Shown: piece after piece, positions 26,430-39,814 of the stretch
How the letters are laid out: each line of letters starts with the position of its first letter
Position numbering within the stretch: the first letter of the stretch is position 1
Assembly: GCA_951406725.2 (NCBI GenBank)
Contig: OX597831.1
Location: 9,796,001-9,860,000 of the forward strand
DNA from: Octopus vulgaris
Taxonomy: Eukaryota
Direction: 5' to 3'
DNA: 64,000 bases
Program-made: the position numbers and the translations under genes
Notes under the pieces: model-generated
What the model was told of the DNA's origin: nothing
Seen by the model: the letters and a program-made list of their open reading frames with translations, nothing else
Database searches by the model: none

Positions 26430-27133
26430 CGGGGGAGGGGTTATGAAAGGTGATGGTGTCAATAAGACCCATAGGTGTCAGATAATGCTGAGTAAGTGCT
26501 ATGGACAGACTATAGCTAAGCTCCAGGTTCGGTGATTATGTGAATGAGGAGTTCAACGTAGGTCATATATCCACATCTGTATATATATATATATATAAAA
26601 ATTCAGAATGAGATAAAAATCCAATGCTGTGAAAGATTTCAGAACATTTATAAATAGACGGTTATACAGCCGTTTCCGGGGTATTTTATATATTCCTTCA
26701 TCGGAGACGGTGTAAGAAAATGGAAAATGGTTTAGCAATAGTTATTTTAGATAAGATATGAAATAGGGTGTGAAGCGGAGTAATGAAATTAGACGTGAAT
26801 TATCCAGGGATATTGCATCTGTAGATTCATTATTTGAGCAGAATGGTATTTTTATAAGATTCCAAGGTACTGGAATCTTATATGTATACTATTCTGTCTA
26901 AATAATAGATCTACAAATGCAATATCCCTGCCTATCTCACATCTATTTCCATTCCTCCGCTTCACTCTCTATTTCATATCTTATCTAAATTCACTATTTC
27001 TTAACCATTTTCTCACACCGTCTCGGATGAAGGGACGTATAAAATATTCCGGAAATGGCTTTAAGAACTTCTATTTATAAATGTTCTAAAATCATTCACA
27101 TCCTTGGATTTTTATGTCACTCTGGAATTTTTA
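26430..27133. mobile_element. Penelope-like element remnant with an inverted repeat of about 540 bp (26596-27133) carrying two degenerate HHR motifs
   Basis: Hairpin centre tataagattcca-aggtac-tggaatcttata; arms pair over about 270 bp; the 26430-26600 part is similar to 34940-35100. Confidence 0.7.
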
Positions 27134-27279
27134 TATATATATATATGTTGTTTTTTCCACTTCCAGTGTATGGCTACTTGTGGAATCCAATGTTGTCTCT
27201 CTAACTTTTCTCCTTTTGCCTCTCTGCCCGTCTGTCTCTCTGTCTCTCTGTCTCTCTCTGTCTTTTATTGTTGCATCAA

Positions 27280-27560
27280 TAGCAATGCTCTCACGACCGA
27301 AGAGATGATTCCAATGAGTCGGGTTTCTGGAGAGAATGTACTGGTGAATGTGGAACAGTGCGGTTAGATTGTTGAAGGCAAAGTGCATGATAAGACATGA
27401 AGCGTGACTGGGTAATGGAGATACAAGAGAAATATGCTTCTAAAGAAAGGTCATTATATTCAGGATAAAAATGAAAGACGGAGAAGGGAGCATGCATGAG
27501 GGGCAGTATATGGAGTGTGCATATTAAGGACTGCATGTTAATCAGGCGTCCCCTGTAAGT
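27280..27560 (+). mobile_element. Highly decayed RTE-like LINE 3' fragment
   Basis: ALTTEEM..RV..RMYW-like peptide resembling the post-RT region of RTE ORFs; weak. Confidence 0.3.
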
Positions 27561-28914
27561 GGTCCAAGATGTGCGTGTGTGTGTGTGTGTGTGTGGCAGC
27601 AGAAATGTCCTAGCTGTGGGTCACAACTACATTGTGGACTGCAATTTAGCCTTCACAGTTTTTGTGTAATTAAATATTTCTTGACCATGAGGCAATTAGT
27701 TCATTTTGGATATGCCGTCGTAGCTGTGCGAACGATATATTTTCACCGGGACAGAACACCGGTGACTGAAAGTAGACTGTAAAATACAATTTTACTTCGG
27801 AATGTAGGTGTCCATTTTCCCTAAGAATACTGGTTAAGGTCGATGGTATTTGTTTGGCGCTCAACAATTTCCTAGTAATGACTGGAGAGTAATCCTTTTT
27901 TGAGCATCATTTGAATTCAGTAGAGATAATGGCAAAATAGATACAAAAGAGTCACCAATAGCGATAATATCACTTTCGTACCAATCATTTGAAAATCGTT
28001 TATTTCTTTACTTTAATGGTTGATAAAATAAACAATCTTTGTTTCTTTGTATGATGTTTCTCTTTCTACGATCTAACAATGATAATAGATTTCGAAAATA
28101 CTCCTTTAGACATAACAGGAAAAGAAAATACAGATTTGTATCTTCCGGTACCCCCATAAGAATTACGATTCTAAATTAGAAAGAAAATATTTTCAAAATA
28201 TTTTTAACACAAAAAAGCAATTATCTCATTGTGTAAGTTCATACTATGTGAACACAGATTGATAGCTACTAGAAAATCAAATAAAGATTATTACCAATAT
28301 TTTCTCTTCTCGAATTGTACCAAATGGTCGGCAGTATCTATATTCAAAGCAATGTATGTTCAACGTATTAGAAGTGACGGAGGTCATTTGTGTGGGCGTC
28401 TGAGAAAAAGAAAGTTAAAAAAAATTAACATAGAAAGAGCGAAAGAATTGGAGAGACAGAAGAAGAGAAATATAGTGAATATTTTTCTAGCTGTAAATAA
28501 TGGATAATAAAAAGTGACTGCGAAGAAATGTGTGGTCGTCTGCGTAAGCATCGTATAATGGAGTTTCGGATAAATTTATCAGGCGTCAGTACATAACGAG
28601 TCTATCATTCTGGTGCACACTTTTCGATTGAAAGGGAAAACTTTTCATATGAAATAACAGATTTGATATCGTACGGAGGAAATATAGCAAAGGTAGGACG
28701 TGAGGTGCAAAACGGAAAGCTTAGACTTACCTCATATAAGACCAACATACAGCTACAATGGGTAGATAAGAAAATGGAGGGGATACAAAACGACCTACAT
28801 CAGCCAGTAGACAATTCCAGTGTGTCTATTTATTCCAAAGCATTAGAAAGAATTAGAAGAAAAAACATACACTTGCAGTAACTATGTGTTACACGCACAC
28901 ATGTATTAATATTA

Positions 28915-29065
28915 CAGAAAAGAGCAAAACATCTGTTCGTCTGAAGAAGTTCCAAACTCCATCTGCCCATCCCTACAGAACACTGAAGAGATGGAGGTGG
29001 CATGGAGGAATTCGTTGCCTCTTGGCATAAACGGCATTAAGGAACTGATCTTTTGCCCTTTTCTG
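28915..29065. mobile_element. 151-bp MITE with TA target-site duplication
   Basis: TA|cagaaaagagcaaaa ... ttttgcccttttctg|TA (1 mismatch in the outer 15 bp). Confidence 0.75.
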
Positions 29066-29258
29066 TAATATAAATACATGCGCGTGTGTGTGTGTGGGGG
29101 GGGGCACACATAGTTACTACGTGTCTATGTTTTCTTCTAATACTTTCTAATCATTGGAATAGACACATTGGAATGTCTACCGGATGATGTATGCCGTTTC
29201 GTATCCCCTACATTTTCTTAATTGCCGTATATATCTGTGTGTGTATGTGTGTGTGTGT

Positions 29259-29298
<40 letters not shown>

Positions 29299-29725
29299 GT
29301 GTGTGAGTATATACATACATGAACTTGTCCCTGGTATACAATCGCCCATATACACATGGTTTTAATTTCATACTTACTCCAATAACCCAATACACTCATT
29401 ACTAACAATGTTTATTAATTCTCTATGCCTTGTAATTCTCCCATCATAAATTCTGTCTTCCTATATTAGATATTAAGACTCTGCGGGTCGTTCTTCATCT
29501 GCTTCAGTTCCCTCATCGATCACGTTTTATCTCCTGGCGTCAATCACAACTTGAACCTGGACATCAAATACATCAATCTCACCGAGAGTTTCGGGACTTT
29601 GAAAGTTCATATGTTATCTACCATATAAGTAAACATCTTCTATCTATCTAGACTTACATCCCTCTCACTCTGTTACTATATCTCTCCCCCTCTCTCTCTC
29701 TTTGTTCACACACACACACACAGGC

Positions 29726-29761
<36 letters not shown>

Positions 29762-29869
29762 ATACATACATATGCATACATACACACTCATACATATATG
29801 TACAAATATATATATATACGTGTATATACACTTATATATATATACACGTATATATATATACATACACAC

Positions 29870-29918
<49 letters not shown>

Positions 29919-29972
29919 CATATATATACACATACAGATACAAACACATTTCTATACATATATGTATGTATG

Positions 29973-30023
<51 letters not shown>

Positions 30024-30692
30024 GTATGTATGTATAGAAATGTGTTTGTATCTGTATGTGTATTCGTGGTTGCATATGTTTCCCTTAAGTGTGTCTAATC
30101 ACGGACCTTTTCTACGGCAAACTGTTTGCATAAGTGTTTTCAAACGTGTTTCTATTAGTACGATAATAACACGTCACGTAAATTTATTGCAGAAGGTCTC
30201 CAATGAAAATTATTCATTTTACTGAGCAGTTCTCCTTTATTATGTCGTTCATTATTTTCTTCCCATCCTAATTTTGTTAGTAATTTAAATACTCCTTTCC
30301 GCTATCATTCATTGTTTAAAGATAACTATGTTCTACATTATGATATCGCTTGTACGCATTTTAAAAGGTTAATGAGTTGGTAGTGTTGATATAATAAATG
30401 AAATATTAAAGACAAAGTTCAGTAATGGATCCAATATTAAAGACTATGCCCATATTCACATGACTCTGTTGCGGCTATTTTATTGCTTTAACATAAATAC
30501 GTTGTTGTTTGGTTCAATAAATTAAATAGTTCCCTGTTGCAATCGGTATGACAAATAGGTATTTATTTTGTAAGCAGATATTTTTTGGGGTTGATACAAT
30601 AAATATTTGCATTAGAATGTATTATACAGTGAAGGGGGGGAATATAAAGTGCTTGCTGTAATATTTGTCTAACAGTATTTTGCAAGCATTTC

Positions 30693-31015
30693 AAGGCGGC
30701 GGGCTGGCAGAAACGTTAACACTCCGGACGAAATGCTTAGCAGTATTTCGTCTGCCGCTACGTTCTGAGTTCAAATACCGCCTTTCACCCTTTCGGGGTC
30801 GATTAAATAAGTACCAGTTACGAACTAGGGTCGATATAATCGACTTAATCCGTTTCTCTGTCCTTGTTTGTTCTCTCTGTGTTTAGCGCCTTGTGGGTAG
30901 TAAAGAAATGGGTATTTCGCCCGCCGCTACGTTTTGAGTTCAAATTCCGCCGATGTCTACTTTGCCTTTCATTCTTTTGGGTTCGATAAATTAAGCACCA
31001 CTTGCATACTGAGAT
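30693..31015 (+). mobile_element. SINE family B
   Basis: aaggcggcgggctggcagaaacgttaac...gttctgagttcaaat...ggggtcgattaaataagtaccagttacg; duplicated block. Confidence 0.85.
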
Positions 31016-31019
31016 GTAT

Positions 31020-31192
31020 GCTGTTCTGTTTGTGTCTGTCAGCCACCATCGTTTGGCAATCGATGCTGGTTTTTTATACGCCACCATAACGTAGCAGTTC
31101 GTCAGTACGTTGATCGATTTGTTCTATTAAACACCTCAAAGCGGTGCACCAGCATGGCCGCAGTCCAATGACTGAAACAAGTAAAAGACAAT
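31020..31192 (+). mobile_element. SINE family A 3' half, abutting the family B copy
   Basis: gcggtgcaccagcatggccgcagtccaatgactgaaacaagtaaaaga. Confidence 0.75.
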
Positions 31193-31636
31193 AGGCAAAA
31201 ATAATATCTAAGGCGTAATTAACATAATTAGTAACAGCTTATTTTTGTGAGGGAACTATAATGGCGGTCCAAGTCTTACAACCATTTTATTCCAGTTTAA
31301 TGAAAGTATACGAAAGGTCGCCTGGCATGTTTAACCGTCATTGAAAATCCACAGCACAAGAACATCTATTCAGTAATTTGTTGAAAATTTAAGCCACTAA
31401 TTAAAAATAGAGAGCTCGTGATGTATATTCGTTGGTGTAATGAGAGACATGATTAAAGATTTAATAATTCGGATATGTTATGTGTGCGATAAATAATAAG
31501 GGTGTAAGGGCTCATTTGGTTCCTAGAATATTAAAACCTAAGAGAGCATAAAATATTTCAATATCTAATAATTTGTGTGTAATACGTGAATCTCGTGGCG
31601 ACTCTAAAATAACTCTTTTATATTTGTGTGCGTGTG

Positions 31637-31691
<55 letters not shown>

Positions 31692-31725
31692 GTACATATA
31701 TATATACACATATATGTGTGTGTAT

Positions 31726-31777
<52 letters not shown>

Positions 31778-32292
31778 ATATATATGTATATATATATATA
31801 TTTTATATATATATATTTTATATATATATGTGGGTTTCATCTGAATTGGCGTGTTTTAATGAAGTCAATTCACTTCTTAATTTCATTTTGTAAATATGTA
31901 AATTGTCCCTAACGAGCATATTTATTAAAACTAATTAAATCCTTGGTAAGTAATGGATCTAATGATGCTGTTTGTCCCTAGAATTCATGCAAGCTGCTGA
32001 AATGTGTGAGATATTTATTTGCAAATGCCATATAACTATGTCGAAAGACAGATCACTATAATATTAAGAAGCTCCCTCGGCCAACGCATGTCTAGGCTTT
32101 CGATGAAACTAGGCGGCACTTTGGGAAAAGCGTGCTATTCCCCCAAACCCTTGTAATCTCCACTGTAGCGAAGGGTTGTTACAATGCAAAACCTTAAAAT
32201 GGTAAACAACAGAATGAAATGTTTTGTATACATAGCTTCTGTTTTATATTATTCATTGAACTAATTGTAGGTCTATAATAAGTGTAAAAATA

Positions 32293-32687
32293 GGTGTGGC
32301 TGTGTGGGAAGAAGATTGCTTCCCAATGGCATGGGTCTGGGTTCTGTCCAACTGCATGGCACCTTGACTGTAATTTGACGGCATTCACCCGGGGTGGGTT
32401 GATCTGGTTTCATTCATCCTCAATGCTGCATCACTCACAAACGCCGACCAGGCCTGGCGATTTGAGGCTAACGACCGCGTGATCTCCAACCAATCCTTAT
32501 TCCAGCAGCGAACGCAAATAAATATTGCACATATTTCTGCAGCTTCCATGAATCCTGGGGATAAACGGCATCATTAGATTCATTACTTTGGGAAACCGTA
32601 TTTTACTATAACTTTGAGCCAACCTAAGCTTTCTGAATGGATTTCGTAGACGAAAACTGAAATAAGCCCGTCGTATATATGTATATT

Positions 32688-32718
<31 letters not shown>

Positions 32719-32935
32719 GTGTGTGTGTGTCCGCGGCTTTGTGTATGAGATTTTTCCCCACAACCACTTGGCAACCGGTGTTGGTGGGTTCACGTTCCTG
32801 TAAAGTAGCAAGCTTAGGAAAAAAGAGACAAAAAAGTAAGTATACTTATATATATATTCATTCGACTAAAAATCTTTCAAGGCTGTGCCCCAGCATGGCC
32901 GCGGTCCAAGGGCTGAAACAAATAAAAACGGTAAA
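32293..32935 (+). mobile_element. SINE family A pieces (head 32293-32365; body about 32580-32935) separated by unrelated sequence
   Basis: ggtgtggctgtgtgggaagaag..ggttctgtcc..gcatggcacctt; gacgaaaactgaaataagcccgtcgtata; cagcatggccgcgg. Confidence 0.7.
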
Positions 32936-32985
32936 ATGGGAAAACATGTAAAAGGATACACGCATTCCTTTCCTTTTTCATTGTG

Positions 32986-33221
<236 letters not shown>

Positions 33222-33224
<3 letters not shown>

Positions 33225-33382
33225 CGGGTTTCTTCAGTTTTCGTCGATCAAATACGTTGAAAAGGCTTTGGTCGACCTGGTGCTATAGTAGAAGAAGCTT
33301 CCCCAAGATATCACACAATGGGCTTGAACTGGGAACCATATGGTTGGAAACCAAGCTCCTTCCCACATAGCCATGCGTGCAC
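33222..33382 (-). mobile_element. SINE family A 5' half
   Basis: Minus strand: gcatggctatgtgggaaggagcttgg...cttggggaagcttcttctactatagc..gtcgaccaaagcc..aactgaagaaacccgtc. Confidence 0.8.
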
Positions 33383-33398
33383 CTTCAAGTGAGACGTG

Positions 33399-33494
33399 TC
33401 ACAGCTCCTAGGTTTCCCAGGGGGTCACCCTTCTAGCTACTAACTAGCCTCGACGGATGAGAACTTGAGCGTTCCTCGGGATATTGCCGTAATG
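33399..33494 (-). pseudogene. 5S rRNA-derived pseudogene or SINE3-like head with an internal deletion
   Basis: Minus strand ttacggcaatatcccgaggaacgctcaagttctcatcc-[gap]-gtcgaggctagttagtagctagaagggtgaccccctgggaaacctaggagctgt aligns by eye to eukaryotic 5S (..ctacggccatacc..gaacg..tctcgtc / ggttagtacttggatgggagaccgcctgggaatacc..gtgctgt). Confidence 0.75.
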
Positions 33495-33996
33495 AGTGAC
33501 AAGCGTACGTCATTCATCACCCTAACATTGTCAGCAATAACAATGGCAACATAATAAGTCTACAAATACCTTTCGAAACCCATTCTATCACGATAGCCTT
33601 TTAATTAGATATAGATAAAAACGGTAATGTTTCAGTCCAATTTGGCTAAATTTAGTGAAGAGTGTAATTCAAACAAGACTCAACAGATGCCAATCTAAAT
33701 GGAAACGATGAAGCATGACAATGATAGTGAATAGATTTATCATCTCAATAATATATATCTGAACAAACTAGAAGCCAATGATATTTATATAGGGATTTTT
33801 CAAGAAGAAAACACATATACAAAATAAGCCGACCTCGGTTTTTACTGATTATTACAGTAAAAATATTCAGAGACTCTATTGTCATCAGCACACAATTGAT
33901 TCTATTTGTTCCGTCCTCAAACATAAACACAGATTTCAGCAAAACTGAATACAGGCCAAAAATAAAAACAAAAAATATAATAAATATATATAATAA

Positions 33997-34045
<49 letters not shown>

Positions 34046-34533
34046 TTCGTATGTCATTGTATTTGTGATTTTTCAGCCAGCATTCATATGGAAATCAAAC
34101 AGATCTTCAATGGCCGAGTTGGCAAACATAAATATTTGCTTATCAATATTACATATAATTAGATATATACATACATATATATATATACATACATACACAC
34201 ACACACGCACACACACATATATATATAGACAGGTATACACACATGTACATATATGTATATATATATATACATGTACACATATAGGGACGCACATACACAC
34301 ATATGAATACATACATATATAAATATTTATGTATGTATATATATATATAAACTCATATACATATACGTGTATGTGTATATATATATATACATATACGTAT
34401 ATATGTATATATATGTATATACATATATCAATGTTTCTACGCATTTATTTAAAGACACACAAATATATACATAATATATGTATGCATATAAATATGTATA
34501 TCTAAATATACATGCACATATATATACATCCTT

Positions 34534-34615
<82 letters not shown>

Positions 34616-34634
34616 CATACATGCATACATACAA

Positions 34635-34880
34635 ACTGAAAGACGCCCTGCGTATATATATGTGTGTTTGTTTGTGTCCGTGTTTGTCCTACCACAATCG
34701 CTTGACAACCGATGCTGGTGTGTTTACGTCCCCGTAATTTAGCGGTTCGTCAAAAGACCCCGATAGTATAAGTACTAGGTTTACAAAAAATAAGCCATGG
34801 GGGTGATTTGTTCAACTAAAGGCGGTGCTCCAGCATGGCCGCAGTCAAATGACTGAAGCAAGTAAAATAATAAAAGAGAA
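34635..34880 (+). mobile_element. SINE family A 3' two-thirds
   Basis: aactgaaagacgccc..atcgcttgacaaccgatgctggtgtgtttacgtccccgtaa..ggcggtgctccagcatggccgcagtcaaatgactgaa. Confidence 0.9.
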
Positions 34881-34890
34881 ATGAATGTAA

Positions 34891-34922
<32 letters not shown>

Positions 34923-35249
34923 ATATATATAAAGCGAGAAGTTGAGGTTATAAGAAATAATGGTGTCTATGAGACCGCAAAGGTAGCAGGTAATGCTGAA
35001 TGTGTGCTATAGACAGGCCATAGTTAAGTTCCATTTTCGGTAATATTGCGAATAAAGGGTTCGACGTTGGCTCTATATCAGCTTGTGTATATAAGAATTT
35101 TTTGTGCAATAAAATTAAAAAAAACCCAAGGCTGTATAGGTATTAGATATACTCTAATAATTATACACCCTTGGATTTTTATCATATTACATAAAAAATT
35201 CCTATATATATATATATATATATATATACATACTTATATATACATACAT

Positions 35250-35310
<61 letters not shown>

Positions 35311-35489
35311 ATCATATATACATACATATCATATATATATATATATATACATTCACACACAAACACATATATATATATAAACAAGGTTTTGGTCAGTTAG
35401 GATCTAAACTACACTACCTCATGTTCCTAAGATTCATATCTACATCTTTATCTGTATATTTACCTTCCCTAAGATGTTATTAATTGATT

Positions 35490-35742
35490 TGAAAACTTTA
35501 TATTATTGGAAAACCTATATAAAATTCTCTGAAGATTACTCGGCATCTTAAATCTTCTGTAATATTTACAGCTTTTAATAAAATGTCGTAGTATGAAACA
35601 ATTGTACTAAATTACCGGATTCATACTTGCTGCTTATTTTTGATTATAATCACCCCGCATATTTTTATGGGTAATACCATAAAAAAATTCTGGTGCATCT
35701 AAATTAAATACCATATTCATTTGAATCTAAATTGTTGCTGAA

Positions 35743-35745
<3 letters not shown>
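35490..35745 (+). mobile_element. pLTR-like repeat, same family as 50348-50720
   Basis: Shared tail gattataatcacccc..ataccata..aaattctggtgc..accatattcat.tgaatctaaatt.tgctgaac; ctgaaga ... GAAACAATTGTA; ends in (TA)n. Confidence 0.7.
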
Positions 35746-35786
<41 letters not shown>

Positions 35787-36120
35787 TATATATACATAAG
35801 CATATACATGAATATCTTTAGACTTAGTCATTGTACGAGGGGCATTCAGTTATTAGCCCATTTGTATTAACCTACTTACGAACCAACGTGCAGATGACTG
35901 CAGTTATCAGGAGTCGTGTGTACTTTTAACGAATCTTACAAGAAGAAAGCTGGTTCTAGGAAATCACCGTTGCTTACTGGAAGGTATTTCGCTGGAAGAC
36001 CAGAAGCAAACTTTTCAACCATTCAAATGTACTGAACCTACAAAACATCGGTCACCAAACACGGGCTCCCTTACGCAGCACGCTGGCACACATTCGAACC
36101 CAATCATATATACGGAAACA

Positions 36121-36353
36121 AAGGGCGCCGAGCTGGCAGACACGTTAGCGCGCTGGGCGAAACGCTTAGCGGTATTTCGTCTGTCGTTACGTTCTGAGTT
36201 CAAATTCCGCCGAGGTCGACTTTGCCTTTCATCTTTTCGAGGTCGATAAATTAAGTACCAGTTGCGTACTGGGGTCTATGTAACCGACTTAATCTGTTTG
36301 GCTGTCCTTGTTTGTCCCCTCCATGTTTAGCCCCTTGTGAGCAATTAAGAAAT
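36121..36353 (+). mobile_element. SINE family B (well conserved, single body)
   Basis: gagctggcagacacgttagcgcgctgggcgaaacgcttagcggtatttcgtctgtcgttacgttctgagttcaaattccgccgaggtcgactttgcctttcatc. Confidence 0.9.
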
Positions 36354-36404
36354 ATATATATATATGCGTAAACATATAAAACTACACACGCATGACTTTA
36401 CACA

Positions 36405-36505
<101 letters not shown>

Positions 36506-36556
36506 CAGTTAGAGGATATGTATACATACATATACACACATGTACATACAAGCACA

Positions 36557-36594
<38 letters not shown>

Positions 36595-36783
36595 AGAGAG
36601 AGAGAGAGAGATAAATACAAGAGAGTGACCACTATGTGGTCGACTCTAGCACTAAAAATAGATCCGCTACGGTTTAGCCACAAAGAATTGTTTCCGATGA
36701 AAGTTAGCACAACTATTGGCGTAAACGAGTAGGGCAAATAAAAAATAACAAAAATGCAGATTAATTCAGGACAATTGTTTCGC

Positions 36784-36840
<57 letters not shown>

Positions 36841-37225
36841 GCATGTATACATATATATGTTCCCCTTGATGCAGGCAGACAGACAGAGCAACACAGGTTT
36901 AGTGAAAATAAACACCGGACACAATTCAGGTTCGTGTATGCATCTATAAATCTATCTTCCTGTCTTTCGGTCTGTTTGCCTGTCTGTTGTTATGCCTGTC
37001 AGACATACTTCATTAGAATAAGATAAACCAAAGTCATTGGAGGTTTCACACATAGTTACGTCCAAAGGAAGAAGAATAAAATCCCAATTCTTTGCTCAAA
37101 TAGCCATGCCGTGTTTGTCTTTAGCGTGTAAAGATTCTCACATTACATTCTGGGAACGCCTAAATCAACAATCATTAGGTTTGAGAAGCGGAGATTACTT
37201 GGAGACTTCTAAGAGAGAAATACAC

Positions 37226-37388
37226 AGCAGCGGGTTTGGCTGTGTAGTAAAAAGCCTGCTTCCCAGCCACATGGTTTCGGGTTCAGTCCCAGTGTGTGGC
37301 ACCTTCGGCAAGTGTTTTCTACTAGAATCTCAGTTCCCAAAAAAAGCCTCGTGAGTGGGTTTCAAAGACGAGAAGTGAAAGAAGCCGT

Positions 37389-37467
<79 letters not shown>

Positions 37468-37587
37468 AAAGTTCGTTATGTAAAAGGGCGGAAATGTTCG
37501 TTTCCTTGTTTGATTTTATGTTTTCGTTTCTCGTTGTGTTCTACGTTTATTTGTGCTGTCCTGTACTCATATATATATGCATGTATA

Positions 37588-37623
<36 letters not shown>

Positions 37624-37880
37624 TGTGCGTATGTATGCATTTGCGTGTGATTGTACGTGTGTTTTTGTGTGTGTTTGTGTTTGTCCACCCCTGCCATCGC
37701 TTTACAACTGATGCTGGTTTATGTATGTCACTGTAACTTAGCCGTTGGCCAAAGAGACCGATAGTATACGTACTACGGTTACAAAGAATAAATCCTGGGG
37801 GTAAATATCTTCGACTTAAACCGTTTAAGGAGGTGCTCCAGTATGACTGCAATCAAATGACTGACACAAGCAATAAAAGA
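37226..37880 (+). mobile_element. SINE family A, full length, with expanded internal microsatellite and nested insert
   Basis: Head tggctgtgtagtaaaaagcctgcttcccagccacatggtttcgggttcagtccc; 3' end ggtgctccagtatgactgcaatcaaatgactga. Confidence 0.85.
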
Positions 37881-38733
37881 ACGAATGGATTATGATCAGT
37901 ATATAATATATATTTTGTTTAACATGTTTAATACACGTGAACGTAAAGTGAAGCACGATGCGAATTGTAAAGAAAAGCACGGAAATGAGTTAAAATGGTC
38001 AAAAAGTAAATCCAAATAAAATATACTGAATTAAAGGAACTACACTGATGGGTTTTGATTGATAATTGCTATTTACTGAGCTAGTAAATCAGGAATTGTT
38101 TTCACATATGTGTGGGGAATATTTGTTAAATTATGAGCAGTTATTAAGTGTCCCACCCGTGAAGGATCGTTGGTAGATGTGTCGAAACAACTGTGGTGAT
38201 TAGGAAGGCTTTGGTCGGCCTGAGGCTAAGTACGAGTTACGCGCCTAAGCTGCCAGGCGGTGGGACTGAACCAGGCTTCATACCACAGGGCCACATCTTA
38301 ACACATCTGCGAAAATGCGAAAACTGTTGCTGCCTCTAATAACAGAAATAATAATAATAAAATAATGATGCTACTACTACTACTACTCTGAAAATAACAA
38401 CAAAAACAACAACACTAATAATAATATTAATAATAATAGTTCTTTTTACTGGAAGCACAAGGCCTCAAATTTGGGTGAAGGGATTCAGTCGAGTTCATCG
38501 AACCTAGTGCGTAATTGGTACTTATTTAAACGACCCCGAAAATATGAAAGGCGGATTTTGAACTCAGAATGTAGCTGCAGATAATGTTGATGATGATGAT
38601 GATAATAATTAGAAGAATAAGAATAAGAATAAGAATGCTATATAATAATTTTTAAGTAGGTTACATGTACTTCACACATATTTAATACTTCTGCTTATGT
38701 ACTATCTCTCTTACACACACACTCATACATTTA

Positions 38734-38766
<33 letters not shown>

Positions 38767-39012
38767 TAACAGTTTTATGTCGATTTCTTCTACTAAAGTT
38801 CTTCAAGGCGGAGCGCTACAGGAATAAAAGAATATATATAGAAAGGGAATGAGAAGAAATTGCCTTGCGAATTTTATGATGCATAAAAAAAAATAAAGTT
38901 TTATTTCCTCCATCCATGAAAAATTCATATAGGAGTTTCTATTGTTTTTTTTTAGCATAAATTTACTATCTTATGAAATGTCTTAGCACAATGTTCTCAA
39001 TATATATATAAC

Positions 39013-39047
<35 letters not shown>

Positions 39048-39091
39048 GTATACATATATATATAACTATATATATATATATATATATATAC

Positions 39092-39126
<35 letters not shown>

Positions 39127-39127
39127 G

Positions 39128-39201
<74 letters not shown>

Positions 39202-39814
39202 GGTGAGGTGTATATCTGCATCAATATTTCACCTACATTAATATTAGTTTCAAACGATGGTACAAGGCCAATTTCGAGGAAGGCCACAATATACTTGTCG
39301 GTTTCCTTGACGCCACTAAATTCAATAAGAATACATCCGTCCTGTTCCATTACTTCTCTGGACGTTACGGAGCCTCCCTCACCTGCCTGCAGTTTCTTTG
39401 CAATTTCTCCACAATATGTTCATGTAGTTTCTCACATTATCAAAACCGAAGATAACATGTTTTATTCGTCGCTTTATTGAATTTTCCTTATAATTGTACT
39501 ACCTTGACACACATTTTCTTAAAATGCAGTTTTTCATTTTTCTTTCATATAAACATGTAAAAGAAAATCCACAGTAATGCTTCATTAAACCGCGAGGGTA
39601 AATGGGAAATCTTATCCAAAACTAATATTTCAATAAATGTGCGCCTACATTACAATCGACACTCGTATTAGTACATCAGTAAATAGTCTGCATGTATTCG
39701 AAAAATTCTTTTGAAATACCAAATTAAGATTTCACATTAGCATACCTATGTGTGAGTGTGTGTGTGTGTATATATGTATAATAATAATGATGATATAATA
39801 ATAAAAAATACATA

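Noticed and set aside
28200-28880. Exon with strong minus-strand donor GAG|GTAAGT at 28731/28730
   Set aside because: No convincing exon upstream; the plus strand looks like a decayed LINE (EHRLI, KLRL..YKTNI), so the donor is probably incidental
35833-35870. Mariner-like TIR start (tacgagggg...)
   Set aside because: No matching opposite TIR or transposase sequence found nearby
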